The notes below the pieces were generated by a model. It had not been told where the DNA came from. It ran no database searches and saw nothing but the letters and a program-made list of their open reading frames with translations. The translations under genes and the position numbers were made by a program. This document shows positions 29,039 to 39,800 of a DNA stretch of 64,000 bases, piece by piece (the first letter of the stretch is position 1; the number at the start of each line of letters is the position of its first letter). Origin of the DNA: Blastocatellia bacterium (GTDB lineage Bacteria > Acidobacteriota > Blastocatellia > UBA7656); NCBI GenBank assembly GCA_963765495.1, contig CAVXWP010000005.1, positions 32,001 through 96,000 of the forward strand, in the 5' to 3' direction.

Positions 29039-30719
29039 ATGCGCACAGGAATTAGAGTCCTCTGGTCAGCATCGGTTTTCATATTTCTTGGCGTCTGCTT
29101 CGTAGGGATTGGCCCCGGGTTGGCAGAGACCGATTGCGCAGGTTGCAAAGATAAGCCTGTGATGGCTGACTCGACGGCTGACTTCAGACCCTCGAATGCT
29201 CGAACAGAGAGCGGCGGTCTGATTTCTGTCGAGCAGTTCTTTCCTGCTGCCCGCTGCGCTTCCTGCCACGCAGATACGCATGCCGGATGGAGCCAATCGC
29301 TCCACCGAAATGCCGCCCGCGAACCGTTTTACCGCGAAAGCGCAGACATTCTGCTTCGCACGAAGGGCATTGAATTCACTCGCCACTGCGAATCCTGTCA
29401 TACGCCGGTCGCGCTCTTTTCAGGCGCTCTGGTAAAGAGCAACGAGCAGTCTGAATTCCCTTTCACCAATCTGGATGATGAGGGTATAACCTGCTCGGTT
29501 TGTCATTCGATCACCGAGGCTCGTCTCGACGGCACGGGCAGTTACACAATAGGCCGCCCTTCTCTTCTAGCGCGCGAAGACGGCACACCCGTTTTTGGTG
29601 ATGTCTCCGACCAGCAGATTCTCGCCGATATACCCGGCCACAAACGGGCCGTGATGAGGCCGCTTCTCAAGAAGCCTGAATTTTGCGCTACCTGCCACAA
29701 GGCCAGCAGCCCTTCCGACCTCAACGGATACAAAAATATTCGCGATCTGGCTGACCACGATCAAGGCATACGACAACACGATCCCGCCCGGTCGTTCCGA
29801 TGTAGTGCAATTCCGATTCGTTGTGCCCAAAGAAGCCGACGGTCATCCACCAGATGAGATCACCCTGCGAGCGTCTGTAAATTACAGGCGATTCAATCAT
29901 GAATACAGCGCTTTCGTCTTGACGAAACGCGCGGCAAAACTATCGCTCCCGGTCATCAAGATGGCCGAGGCTCAGGTAAGACTTCTGCCGCCCGGAAAGG
30001 GTCGGCCTGCCCTGGACGGTCGGGGCGCGGGCATGGATTCGGCTCGAAATGCCGGGAGATGGAATGATTACGGCATAGGTCTTCTGGAACAGGCCCAGTA
30101 CGGCGCGGCGGCTCTGGCCTTCGGGCGCGAGAGCGAATTAGCCCCTGCCAACCCTGACGCATTTGTAAATGCAGCCATAGCCGAGATGAACACCGAGAGG
30201 TTCAGCCCCGAGCGTTACCAGTTACGAAAGGCCGCGCATTTGCTCGATTGCGCCCTCGCGATTGATCCCAAGCATGCGCGAGCGCGCTACTTTCAGGCGC
30301 TTGTGTTGCGGGGCGAGGGCAAGACTCAAGAAGCGGCCGAGAGGCTGCGGGAACTCGCGCTCGACTATCCTCGTGACCGGGAAATACAGAGACAGTTGGG
30401 ACAGACATTCTATACGCCTGGTCGCATTGAAGCGGCGCAATCCGCCTTTGAAACCGTGCTCGCGATTGACCCGACCGATGCGGGCGCTTATCAGTTCCTG
30501 GCTCCAATCTATGAGAGCAAAGGACGTAAGGCCGAAGCTGATCGCGCGCGCGCGCTTTACCTCGAATGGCGCGATGATCCTCTGGCCGATTCCGTAGCGG
30601 CGCGTTTTTACGCCGCGCATCCGCAATGGGCCGAAGAACGCATAAAGTTTCACACGCACAATGCCGATTCGCCGCGCCGCAAGATATTGACCGGCCCGAT
30701 GGCTGCGCCTGAAAGGTGA
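29039..30719 (+). pseudogene. Multiheme cytochrome c + TPR protein, internally deleted and frameshifted
   Basis: CASCH, CESCH, CSVCH, CATCH in the first frame; at ~29744 the sequence continues in another frame as IWLTTIKAYDNTIPPGRSDVVQFRF into RWNDYGIGLL and TPR repeats. Confidence 0.75.
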
Positions 30720-30808
30720 TAGATCAAAAGCCGTCATCAGCCGTCGGCTTTCGGGTTTGAATCGGAGCCCGCGGCTTTAAGAGAACGCTCACTGAGAGGC
30801 AAAAGAAA

Positions 30809-32167
30809 GTGAAGAATAGAAAGCTCCACGCTCTGGCAATCTTCCTCGTAATAGCCGTCTGCGCGCTTATGCCACAAGGAGCCGCCGCGCAACAGGGCGG
30901 TACGACGCGCTATGTCTATGATGACAACGGGCGGTTGCGAGCAGTCGTCTCACCTTCGGGCGAAGCTGCGGTTTATGAATATGACGCGGCGGGAAACTTC
31001 ACAACCATCCGGCGGCTCACCACAAACGACCTCGAGTTGCTGGGGTTTTTTCCTAACGAAGGCGGCGCAGGAGACCTTGTGACATTCGTCGGCACGGGGT
31101 TTGGCGCGGGGGTAAGTCAGGTCTCTTTTAACGGCGCAAGCGCGCAAATCATAGAAGTCTCGCCGTCGGCCGTCATTGCAGAAGTTCCCGAAACGGCCAC
31201 GACGGGCCCGGTCACAATCATAACTCAGCTTGGGACATTGATTACGCCTGTGCCTTTCACCGTAGTATCCAAATTGCGCGTCTTGCCTTTGACCGCAACC
31301 CTCGCTCAGGGAGACAGCATTGCCTTTACAGCCGTGGTGGGAACAGGTGGCGACCAGAGTGTCACATGGAGCGTCAACGGAGTAGGGGGAGGCAACAGCA
31401 CGGTCGGTACGGTCTCAACAGGCGGCCTGTATACTGCGCCGACTCTTTCGGGCAACGCGAGCGTCACTTTCGTCGTGCGCGCCACAAGTGTTGCCGATCC
31501 CACATTGTTCGGCGAGGCGCAAGTCAGAGTGATCAACCCCAACAGCCTGGGGTCGCTGTTTGCGCCGTCGGTTTCCGTGACGGTCGGACTTCCTCGCGCC
31601 GTGGCCTCGGCCCGCGCCCCGGTCGTGTCTGTAAGGCGCGGTCTTGTCATAAATGGTCCGAGCGAGATAGCGAGCCCGCTTGTTTCCGTCAGGCGCGGAG
31701 CCGTCATCGACCAGAGCGCAGTCGTCTTCAGCCCGCTTGTTTCCGTCAGGCGGGGGGCCGTCATCAACGGACCCAACATAGCTTCAAGCCCGCTTGTATC
31801 AGTGCGATATGGGTTCGTCATAGCCGCTGATGCGACATTCTTCAGCCCGTTTGTATCCGTGACCACGGGGGCGACTATTTCCGATATTTCGCCCCGCAAC
31901 ATAACAAGGGGGACAAGCGTCACCCTGACCGTCACAGGAGAAAATCTGAGCGATATAACCGACCTCAAATTCTTGAACGCGAGCGGGGTGGTCGATGCAG
32001 GCATAACCGCCTCAAACCTGATCATAAACCCCGGCGGCACTTCCATCACGGCAACGGTTACCGTCACCGGAGGCAGCGCGCTCGGAAGCCGGGTCGCAGT
32101 CGTATCGGGCCCGAACGGTTCTTCGCTGGCTGTGGATACGGGTCTAAACACTATCGTCATTCAATAG
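30809..32167 (+). CDS. Secreted protein: 2 YD repeats + IPT/TIG + Ig-like + six 19-aa SPxVSV repeats + IPT
   Basis: Signal peptide ending AAA; YVYDDNGRL..YEYDAAGN; GTGF..VSFNG..VP..ATTGPVT; VTWSVNG..G.YTAP. Confidence 0.85.
   Translation: MKNRKLHALAIFLVIAVCALMPQGAAAQQGGTTRYVYDDNGRLRAVVSPSGEAAVYEYDAAGNFTTIRRLTTNDLELLGFFPNEGGAGDLVTFVGTGFGAGVSQVSFNGASAQIIEVSPSAVIAEVPETATTGPVTIITQLGTLITPVPFTVVSKLRVLPLTATLAQGDSIAFTAVVGTGGDQSVTWSVNGVGGGNSTVGTVSTGGLYTAPTLSGNASVTFVVRATSVADPTLFGEAQVRVINPNSLGSLFAPSVSVTVGLPRAVASARAPVVSVRRGLVINGPSEIASPLVSVRRGAVIDQSAVVFSPLVSVRRGAVINGPNIASSPLVSVRYGFVIAADATFFSPFVSVTTGATISDISPRNITRGTSVTLTVTGENLSDITDLKFLNASGVVDAGITASNLIINPGGTSITATVTVTGGSALGSRVAVVSGPNGSSLAVDTGLNTIVIQ
31562..31870 (+). 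repeat. Coding tandem repeat, 57-bp period, six (S/A)PxVSV(RRG) units
   Basis: agcccgcttgtttccgtcagg at 31673 and 31730; protein units APSVSV, APVVSV, SPLVSV x3, SPFVSV. Confidence 0.9.
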
Positions 32168-32265
32168 CAGGGCCGGAGGGATTCGGTCTTTTATCCGCTC
32201 TAACAGGCGGCTCTCAGCTTAGGCCAATCAAGCTGACAGCCATTTTCGGTAAGGAGAAGAAAGCC

Positions 32266-33696
32266 ATGTTTTCACTTTCAACGATTAGAAAATGGAATTT
32301 GACGCTAACGCTTGCGATGCTTTCGGCGTTAGCCTTTTCGCCCGCGCGCGCTCAAAACAACAATTTTGAAAGCGGCTCGACGGGGGCCGATGGAGCGTTC
32401 TCGCCTGCATCGAGCCAGACGATACAGGTTCCCGAAAGCGGGATATTCAATTACACGACCGTAAACATTCCCTCGGGCGTGACGATCACCTACACCCGCA
32501 ATTCAAAAAATACGCCCGTTACTATCCTGGCCACAGGCAATGTCACTATCGCCGGGACTATCAATATAGACGGCAAAGGGGGCAACTCAAACGGGGGCGG
32601 CGGGCTGGGAGGGCCGGGCGGGTTCAACGGCGGCGCGGCGGGTTTCGGGTTTGATACCTTTAACGGAACCACGGGCGACGGCCCCGGAGGCGGGGCGGGC
32701 GGCGCAAGCACAAACGGAACCAACATAGGCGGCGGCGGTGGCGGCGGTTTTGCAAACGCCGGTGTAAACGGGAACGTGCAGAACGTGGGCACTACTGCCG
32801 CGCAGGGCGGACCTCGCTACGGGTCGAGCACGCTGTTGCCCTTGATTGGCGGATCGGGCGGCGGCGGCGGCGGCGCGCTCACAGGCAAGACCAGCGGAGC
32901 AGGCGGCGGCGGCGGCGGCGCGATACTGATTGCAAGCTCCAGCACTATCAATTTTACCGGGACCATCTTTGCTCGCGGTGGAAACGGGACTTTTATTACC
33001 CCCGGTAACGGCGCGTCGGGCGGCGGCGGCGCGGGCGGCGCGATCCGCCTCGTGGCCAACACAATCACCGGAGGCGGATCCCTTAATGTGACCGCAGGAA
33101 ACGGGTTCGCGGGCTTTGTCAATGAAGTGAGAGGCGGAAACGGAGGAGTCGGATACGTCAGAATAGAAGCGTTCGACTACACCGGGTTTAACCCGAGCGT
33201 GCCTTCGAATTCCATAACTTTTGCTTCGCCCAACCCGGCCATAGTGGCGAATGCGCCCTCGCTCAGGATCGCAACCGTAGCAGGAGTTGCCGCCCCCACC
33301 TCCCCGCTCGGCTCGCTTGCGGGCGTGCCCGATGTAGTGCTTCCGTCTACACAGGCCAACCCGGTAGCGGTCGTGATAGAGGGTACGAATGTGCCTGTAG
33401 GGACTATCATTGATGTCACAGTCATCCCCACCAACGGCACGCGATCAACCGTACAAAGCGACGGGCTGGCAGGCACAGAGGCGGCATCGTCGGCTACGGC
33501 TAACGTGACCTTGCCCGCGGGGATGAGCGTGCTGACGGCGACTGCCGTAATTGACCTGACGCAGGCAAGCGCCCAACCGATGTTTGTTGACGGCGAACGG
33601 GTTGATCGGATCGAGATAGCAGCCACCTACGGCGGAGCGTCCGAACTCACTTACGTCACACGAACGGGCAGGCGAATAAAGAAAGCCGGGTTGTAA
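32266..33696 (+). CDS. Secreted polyglycine-rich protein
   Basis: AGGAG RBS, signal peptide (PARA), FESGSTGADGAF, repeated GGSGGGGGG / GGGGGGAILI / GGGGAGGAIRL blocks. Confidence 0.85.
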   Translation: MFSLSTIRKWNLTLTLAMLSALAFSPARAQNNNFESGSTGADGAFSPASSQTIQVPESGIFNYTTVNIPSGVTITYTRNSKNTPVTILATGNVTIAGTINIDGKGGNSNGGGGLGGPGGFNGGAAGFGFDTFNGTTGDGPGGGAGGASTNGTNIGGGGGGGFANAGVNGNVQNVGTTAAQGGPRYGSSTLLPLIGGSGGGGGGALTGKTSGAGGGGGGAILIASSSTINFTGTIFARGGNGTFITPGNGASGGGGAGGAIRLVANTITGGGSLNVTAGNGFAGFVNEVRGGNGGVGYVRIEAFDYTGFNPSVPSNSITFASPNPAIVANAPSLRIATVAGVAAPTSPLGSLAGVPDVVLPSTQANPVAVVIEGTNVPVGTIIDVTVIPTNGTRSTVQSDGLAGTEAASSATANVTLPAGMSVLTATAVIDLTQASAQPMFVDGERVDRIEIAATYGGASELTYVTRTGRRIKKAGL

Positions 33697-33853
33697 GCGT
33701 CAATTGCCGCCCGCGTCCGATGTTTATCCGGCGTTAAGTGGCGCAAGGATAAACCGGGGGCAGCTTCTCGACAATCACGTGAGTTTTCCGGCCGATTGTT
33801 GAGGGCTGCTCGATGAAAATGATCCTTCTCAGAAAACGAATGGGGACCGAAGC

Positions 33854-36800
33854 ATGAAGATCAGCTTTGACATCGATTATATTAAAATCGCCCGTATAAT
33901 CGCGCGAAAGAAGACCATAGGTTCAAATCGAGCATTGCGCCGCAAAGCAGGACTGAGCAGGTTTGCGCGGCGACCGGCTCGGGGCGCTGATTCGATCATC
34001 CCCTTTCGTCTGTCACTCCTGACAATGACCGCAATGCTGCTGTTGACCGCATTGATCTGTCAATCATTCTCTCCTCTCGTTATCGCGGCCAGTCACGAGA
34101 AATCGGGTAGCGGCAGGGCGGGCAGCCGGACAAGGTCAGGCGCGCAGAGCGCAGGCACGATAACCGTTTATGGGCCACGCCAGTTCACCCGGCAGACGGG
34201 GCCGCCAACGACCGTCACCGAACAGTTTTCATTGCCAGCCAATGCTGCCGCGCCTTTTACGATCCTGGTCGAAAACGGCGCGCCCGACGGCTCCAACCGC
34301 GTATCGAGCGCCACGATCACTCTCAACGGCGCCACTCTTTATTCGCAAAACGATTTCAACCACAACGTGGCGTCACTCACGCGAACGGTGACGCTTACTG
34401 CCTCAAATACTCTCCAAGTTAGAATCGCAAGTTCACCCGGTTCTTTCCTTAAAATCACGTTTACTGCCGGGGTAGCTGCGCTCGAATCGGTGGAACCTTC
34501 GTCCGCTTTTCAGGGGCAGACACTAAACGTCACATTGCACGGGCACAGTACAAGCTGGGTCGCGGGGCAAACTCGCGCTTCGCTTGGAGGCGAGGTCTCG
34601 GTCGGAGGAGTTGCACCGGGCGAACTGGGCCCGGTGACGGTCATCAACGCGACCACAGCCGAAGCCCTTGTCACGGTGCAGCCTACCGCTGCTCTTGCGC
34701 CTCGGGCGGCGCTCGTGATGACCGACCCGCAGGCGGGCAACCCCGGTCAAACGGTCGCTCTGGCCGACGCATTCAAGGTAGAGGCCGCAACCCCTCCGGG
34801 CGCTTCGGAAGCTGCCGTGACGACTATAGCCGGTATCGGAGGCGTGGCAGGCTTTGCCGATGGCCCGGCTTTTCAGGCGCAGTTTCGCGATCTTGCGGGC
34901 ATAGCCGTTGGCCCCGATGATTCCATCTATGTTGCCGATGCCGGAAATAACCGCATCCGCAAAGTCCGCAACCAGCCCGACTCTTCGGGCTCGCCTTCTT
35001 TGATTGTTTCGACCCTTGCCGGTGACGGCGCAGCCGATTTTGCCGACGGATCGGGGGCCTCGGCTCACTTCAACAATCCGCAGGGCGTCGCAGTCGATTC
35101 GGGTGGAATCGTCTATGTGGCAGACACCGGCAACAATCGCATCCGGCGCATCAACGCCGACGGCTCGGTCGTTACAATCGCGGGCGGCAGTACACCGGGA
35201 TTTGTGGATGGAGCGGGCGCTCAGGCGCGCTTCAATGCGCCTCGGGGAGTGGCCATCGATAATCTGGGCAATGTATACGTGGCAGACACGGGCAATTCGT
35301 CCGTGAGATTGATCAATGCGGGCGGGGTCGTGGGCACGGTAGCCGGAGATGGAACCATCGGCTCGAATGACTCGCCCAATGCCCGGTTCGATGGATTGAC
35401 CGGGGTGGCCGTTCACGAGATGAGCCTTTATGTATATCTGGCCGATGCGGGCAATCACCGCATTCGCAGGCTCGCTCCGCAAGGGACGGTAATAACAATC
35501 GCGGGCGCGGAACGGGGATTCGCGGACGGGTCATCGGGAGAGGCGCGCTTTGCCGACCCGGCCGGGATAGCCATTGACGGGGCCGGAAAAATTATCGTGG
35601 CCGATGCCATTAACTCGCTTGTGAGGCTGGTTGACCCTGACCTTGCAGCCACGAACTCTCCGTCGGCAATTACGACCATCGCGGGTACGGGCGAGAGGGG
35701 CTTGACGGACGGGGCAGGTAACCTGGCGCGTTTCTTCACGCCCAGAGGCGTGGCCGTAAGTTTGTCGAGTGCCATAATCGTGGCCGATACGGCAAATAAT
35801 GTCTTGCGGCAGATATTGCTGCCGCCCGCTATCAGATCAATCTCGCCCGATAGCGGCTCTCTTCTCCAAACTGTGACGATAGATGGAGAGCGATTCGACG
35901 CCCGCTCGACAACTGCGAACACGGTCCGCTTCAGCCGCACAGGCGGAGGTCAGTCTGTGGCGCAGGTAAGCTCGGCAACGCGAACCCGACTGACCGTCAC
36001 CGTGCCGCAGGATGCGGTGAGCGGCCCTGTGACGGTCGAGACACGCGGAGGTACGAGCAACTCTATAAACTTCCAGGTCATAACCGCAGGGCCGGTGATA
36101 AATGATTTCACTCCTCGAAGCGGACAGATAGGAAGCGTCGTCACATTGACCGGCTCAGGGCTGAAAGCAGAGATAGGGCCGACAACAGTGACATTTGCGG
36201 GCAGCGGGGGCGCGAGGCTTCAGGCTCTGGCTACCCTTGTTACGCCTGCGGAGGTTCAGGTCATCGTGCCGAACGCGGCGGTAACGGGCCTAATCGAATT
36301 ATCGAATGCTTTGGGAAGCACTTCGACCGCAAGCCCCTTCACCGTTGAGCCGGGGGATGAAGATTATCAACTCACGATAGCCCCCTCTTCGGCTACGACT
36401 GTTCAACGCAGCACGGCCACCTATGTCGTTTACGTGACGAGTTCGCTTTCGACTTTCAGCCAGCTTGTGAGCCTTTCGGCAACCGGGCTGCCTCCGGGAG
36501 TTGAGGCGACGTTTACGCCGGACCAGATAACTGCGGGGGCAACCTCCATCCTCAGCGTGAGCCTTGCCAATGTAGACCTCGCGGCGGGCAGTTATTCATT
36601 CACGATCCAGGGAAGCGGACAGATAAACGGAAGCGAGCTTGTGAGGTCGGCTTCGGCCACGCTTACGGTACTGGCCGGAGGGCAGACGACCTTATCAGGC
36701 AGAGTGCTCTCGACCGAGCAGGAACCGATAATGGGGGCGACCGTATCGCTTGACGGCAAGACCGTGACGACAGATGCCGCAGGAGCATTCCTGTTGAGTG

Positions 36801-39800
36801 GAGTGACGGCGGGAGTAGACCGGGCATTGATGGTGGACGGGCGCACGGCCTCTGCGCCTGCGCGAACCTACCCGGTGATAATCGAGCCCGCGACTATCGT
36901 GGCAGGTCAGGCCAATGTGGTGCCCTACACATTTTATCTGCCCGCTATAGACACCCAGTATGAAGTGGAAGTAGTGCCCGGCCAGACGACTATGGTGGAA
37001 AACCCGCGTGTGCCCGGACTTGAAATGATGGTCCCGGCGGGAGCTAATTTGAGGAACCGGGACGGGAGCGCCGTAGCGAGGGTATCAATCACGCCGATTG
37101 CGATAGATCGTACGCCTGCGCCGTTGCCCGCGAATGTGGGAACAAACATGGTGTTCACGAGCCAGCCGGGAGGGGCGGTATCCGACATTGCGATGCCGGT
37201 AGTATATCCGAATCTCACGGGAGCAGACCCCGATACGAGAATAGAGTTGTACGCCTTCAATCACGACACTGCTCAGTGGTACGTATACGGGTACGGCAGG
37301 GTCAGCGCGGACGGGCGGCGCATAGAGCCGGAGATAGACCCGGCGACGGGTCGGCAGTATGGGTTGAGAGACTTTTCGTGGCATTTCCCAAACGCCGCGC
37401 CTGACGGCAATCCAAGCGACCCGGATTGCAATAATCAGACAAACAACACGGTTGATCTCTCTACGGGCGTCAAGATAGAACGGACGACCGACATCGAATT
37501 TAGCGGTGCCAGGGGAGGTCTGTCACTGACCCGTATCTACACAAGCGATCTGGCGGGGTTATGTGACTTTTGTCCGTTTGGGCGGGGCACCACTCACAAC
37601 TATGCCATACGTTTGACCGGCACTTTTCAATCGGGAGGCGCAGGGCGCGTAGTCTTTCCCGATCAAAGGACCGGCAGATTATTCAGTTATGTCGGAACCG
37701 ATTCCGATGGTGCGCTTTTATTCTCTTCGACCGCGACGGTTTCGCAACTCGGCGATCTGGTCAGAAAGTTGTCGAACGGCACTTTTGAGTACAGATACGC
37801 AAACGGCAACCTGCTCCGATTCGATTCAAACGGCAGGCTGACGGCGATGGTTGATCGAAACGGCAACACGACTTCGCTCAGCTATACCGGCTCAAACCTT
37901 ACACAGATCACTGATGCGGTTGGGCGCTCGATCACGCTCAATTACGATTCTTCGGGTCGCATTATAAGAGCCACGGATCCGCTGGGCCGAATCTGGAGAT
38001 ACACGTATGAAGGGACGCCGGGTGTGGCGGGTGCTCCGGGGCTGACGACCGTGACCGATCCGCTAAACAATGTCGTGCGATACGCATACGTGACCGGAGG
38101 GCGACTGGCATCGGTAACCGATAAGCGGGGCATAGTAACGAAGCAACTCACTTATGACGTAAGCGGGCGTGTGATAGAACAGCGGTTTGCCGCGGGAGGA
38201 TTCGAAGAATACACCTACGGGCTTTCGGGTGTGAGCGTCACTTCGGTTACGGTTACGGATTCGCTTGGCCGCTCGATCAGCAAGCGATTCAATGCCAGCG
38301 GATATGTAACGGGGCTGACCGATTCGCTCGGACAAAGCTCGCGCATAGAGCGCGACATTTCGACCAACGAACCGATGTCCACGACAGGCCCGTGCGGGTG
38401 CGCGGAGGCGACACGGCAGTTTGACAGTCGAGGCAACGCGGTGGCGACGACAGACCGAACGGGCCAGACGACACAGTTCGAGTATGATCCTGTCTTTAAT
38501 AACGTCTCAAAGATAACCGACAAGGCCGGCCATGTGACAAGGCTCGCTTACGACACGCGGGGGAATCTGATTTCCCTGACCGACGCGCTGAATCAGACGA
38601 CCACGCTCGCCTATGATTCATTTGGAGAATTGCTCGGCAGCACGGACCCGCTTGGCCATACGACACAGATTGAGTACGACGCCTTCGGGAACGTGTCAGC
38701 ATTTATTGATGCTCTGGGAAATCGCACCGTCATCGAGCATGACCTGATTGGAAGACCCATCTCTGCCACGGACCCGCTTGGTCGCCGCGCCAGCAAGACA
38801 TATGACGCACTCGACCGAATCACATCTACTACCAACCCCGACGGGGCTACCAGCCTCTACACTTTTGACCCAACCGGCAATTTAATTACCTCTGCCGATG
38901 CGCTGCAAAACCAGACAAGAGCAGCCTATGATGCAAGGAACCGTATGGTATCTATAACCGATGCCATAGGCCGTGTCGGTAGAATCGAATATGATACGGA
39001 AAATCATATTACTTCCTTGATCTCGGCTTCGGGCCGCATATTGCGCTATACCTACAATAAGCGCGGAGATGTAATAACCGTCACTGATCCGCTTGGCGCG
39101 ATAACGCGCTTTACCTATGACAACCGAAGGAACCTCATCAGCGTTGTGGATCAGCGTGGGAATACTACAACCTACACCTACGACGAATTATCGCGTTTGA
39201 TCTCCATACGCGATCCGCTCGGTCAAATCTCCAGGGTTAGCTATGACAATGTCGACAATATCACAGAGAGCGTGGACCGTCTGGGTCGCCGCACCGATTT
39301 TAACTATGATGCTGTAAATCGTCTCACCCGTGCTGCATATACTGATGCGGTCGTCACATACAATTATGATGCGGCATCAAGGCTGATCCGCGTTGATGAC
39401 ACGCAATCCGGCAGTATTCAATGGGGCTACGACAATGCAGACAGACTGCTTTCGGAAACTACGCCGACGGGCATCGTGACCTATGCCTATAATGATGCCG
39501 GGCAGCCTGTTTCAATGAATGTTACAGGCCGTCCTGATGTAGGCTACGGCTATGATGTAGCAGGCAGAGTAAGAAGCATTTCTCAGGGGGCGGAAACTTT
39601 TACTTACACCTACGATGCGCTTTCGCGACTGAGTGCTCTTGAACGGCCCAACGGTGTGACTACACATTACAGTTATGATGGGGTCAATCGGCCCACAAGG
39701 ATTTTGCATGAGAACGCGCAAAGCCAGCCTGTTGAAGATTATAATTACACCTACAACGCAGATAACGAAATAATCTCCATCGACTCGCTCACATCAGCCC

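Noticed and set aside
31562-31870. Regularly spaced ~21-bp repeats with variable spacers resembling a CRISPR array
   Set aside because: Period is 57 nt (19 codons), in frame in a CDS, with synonymous variation; no cas genes or leader.
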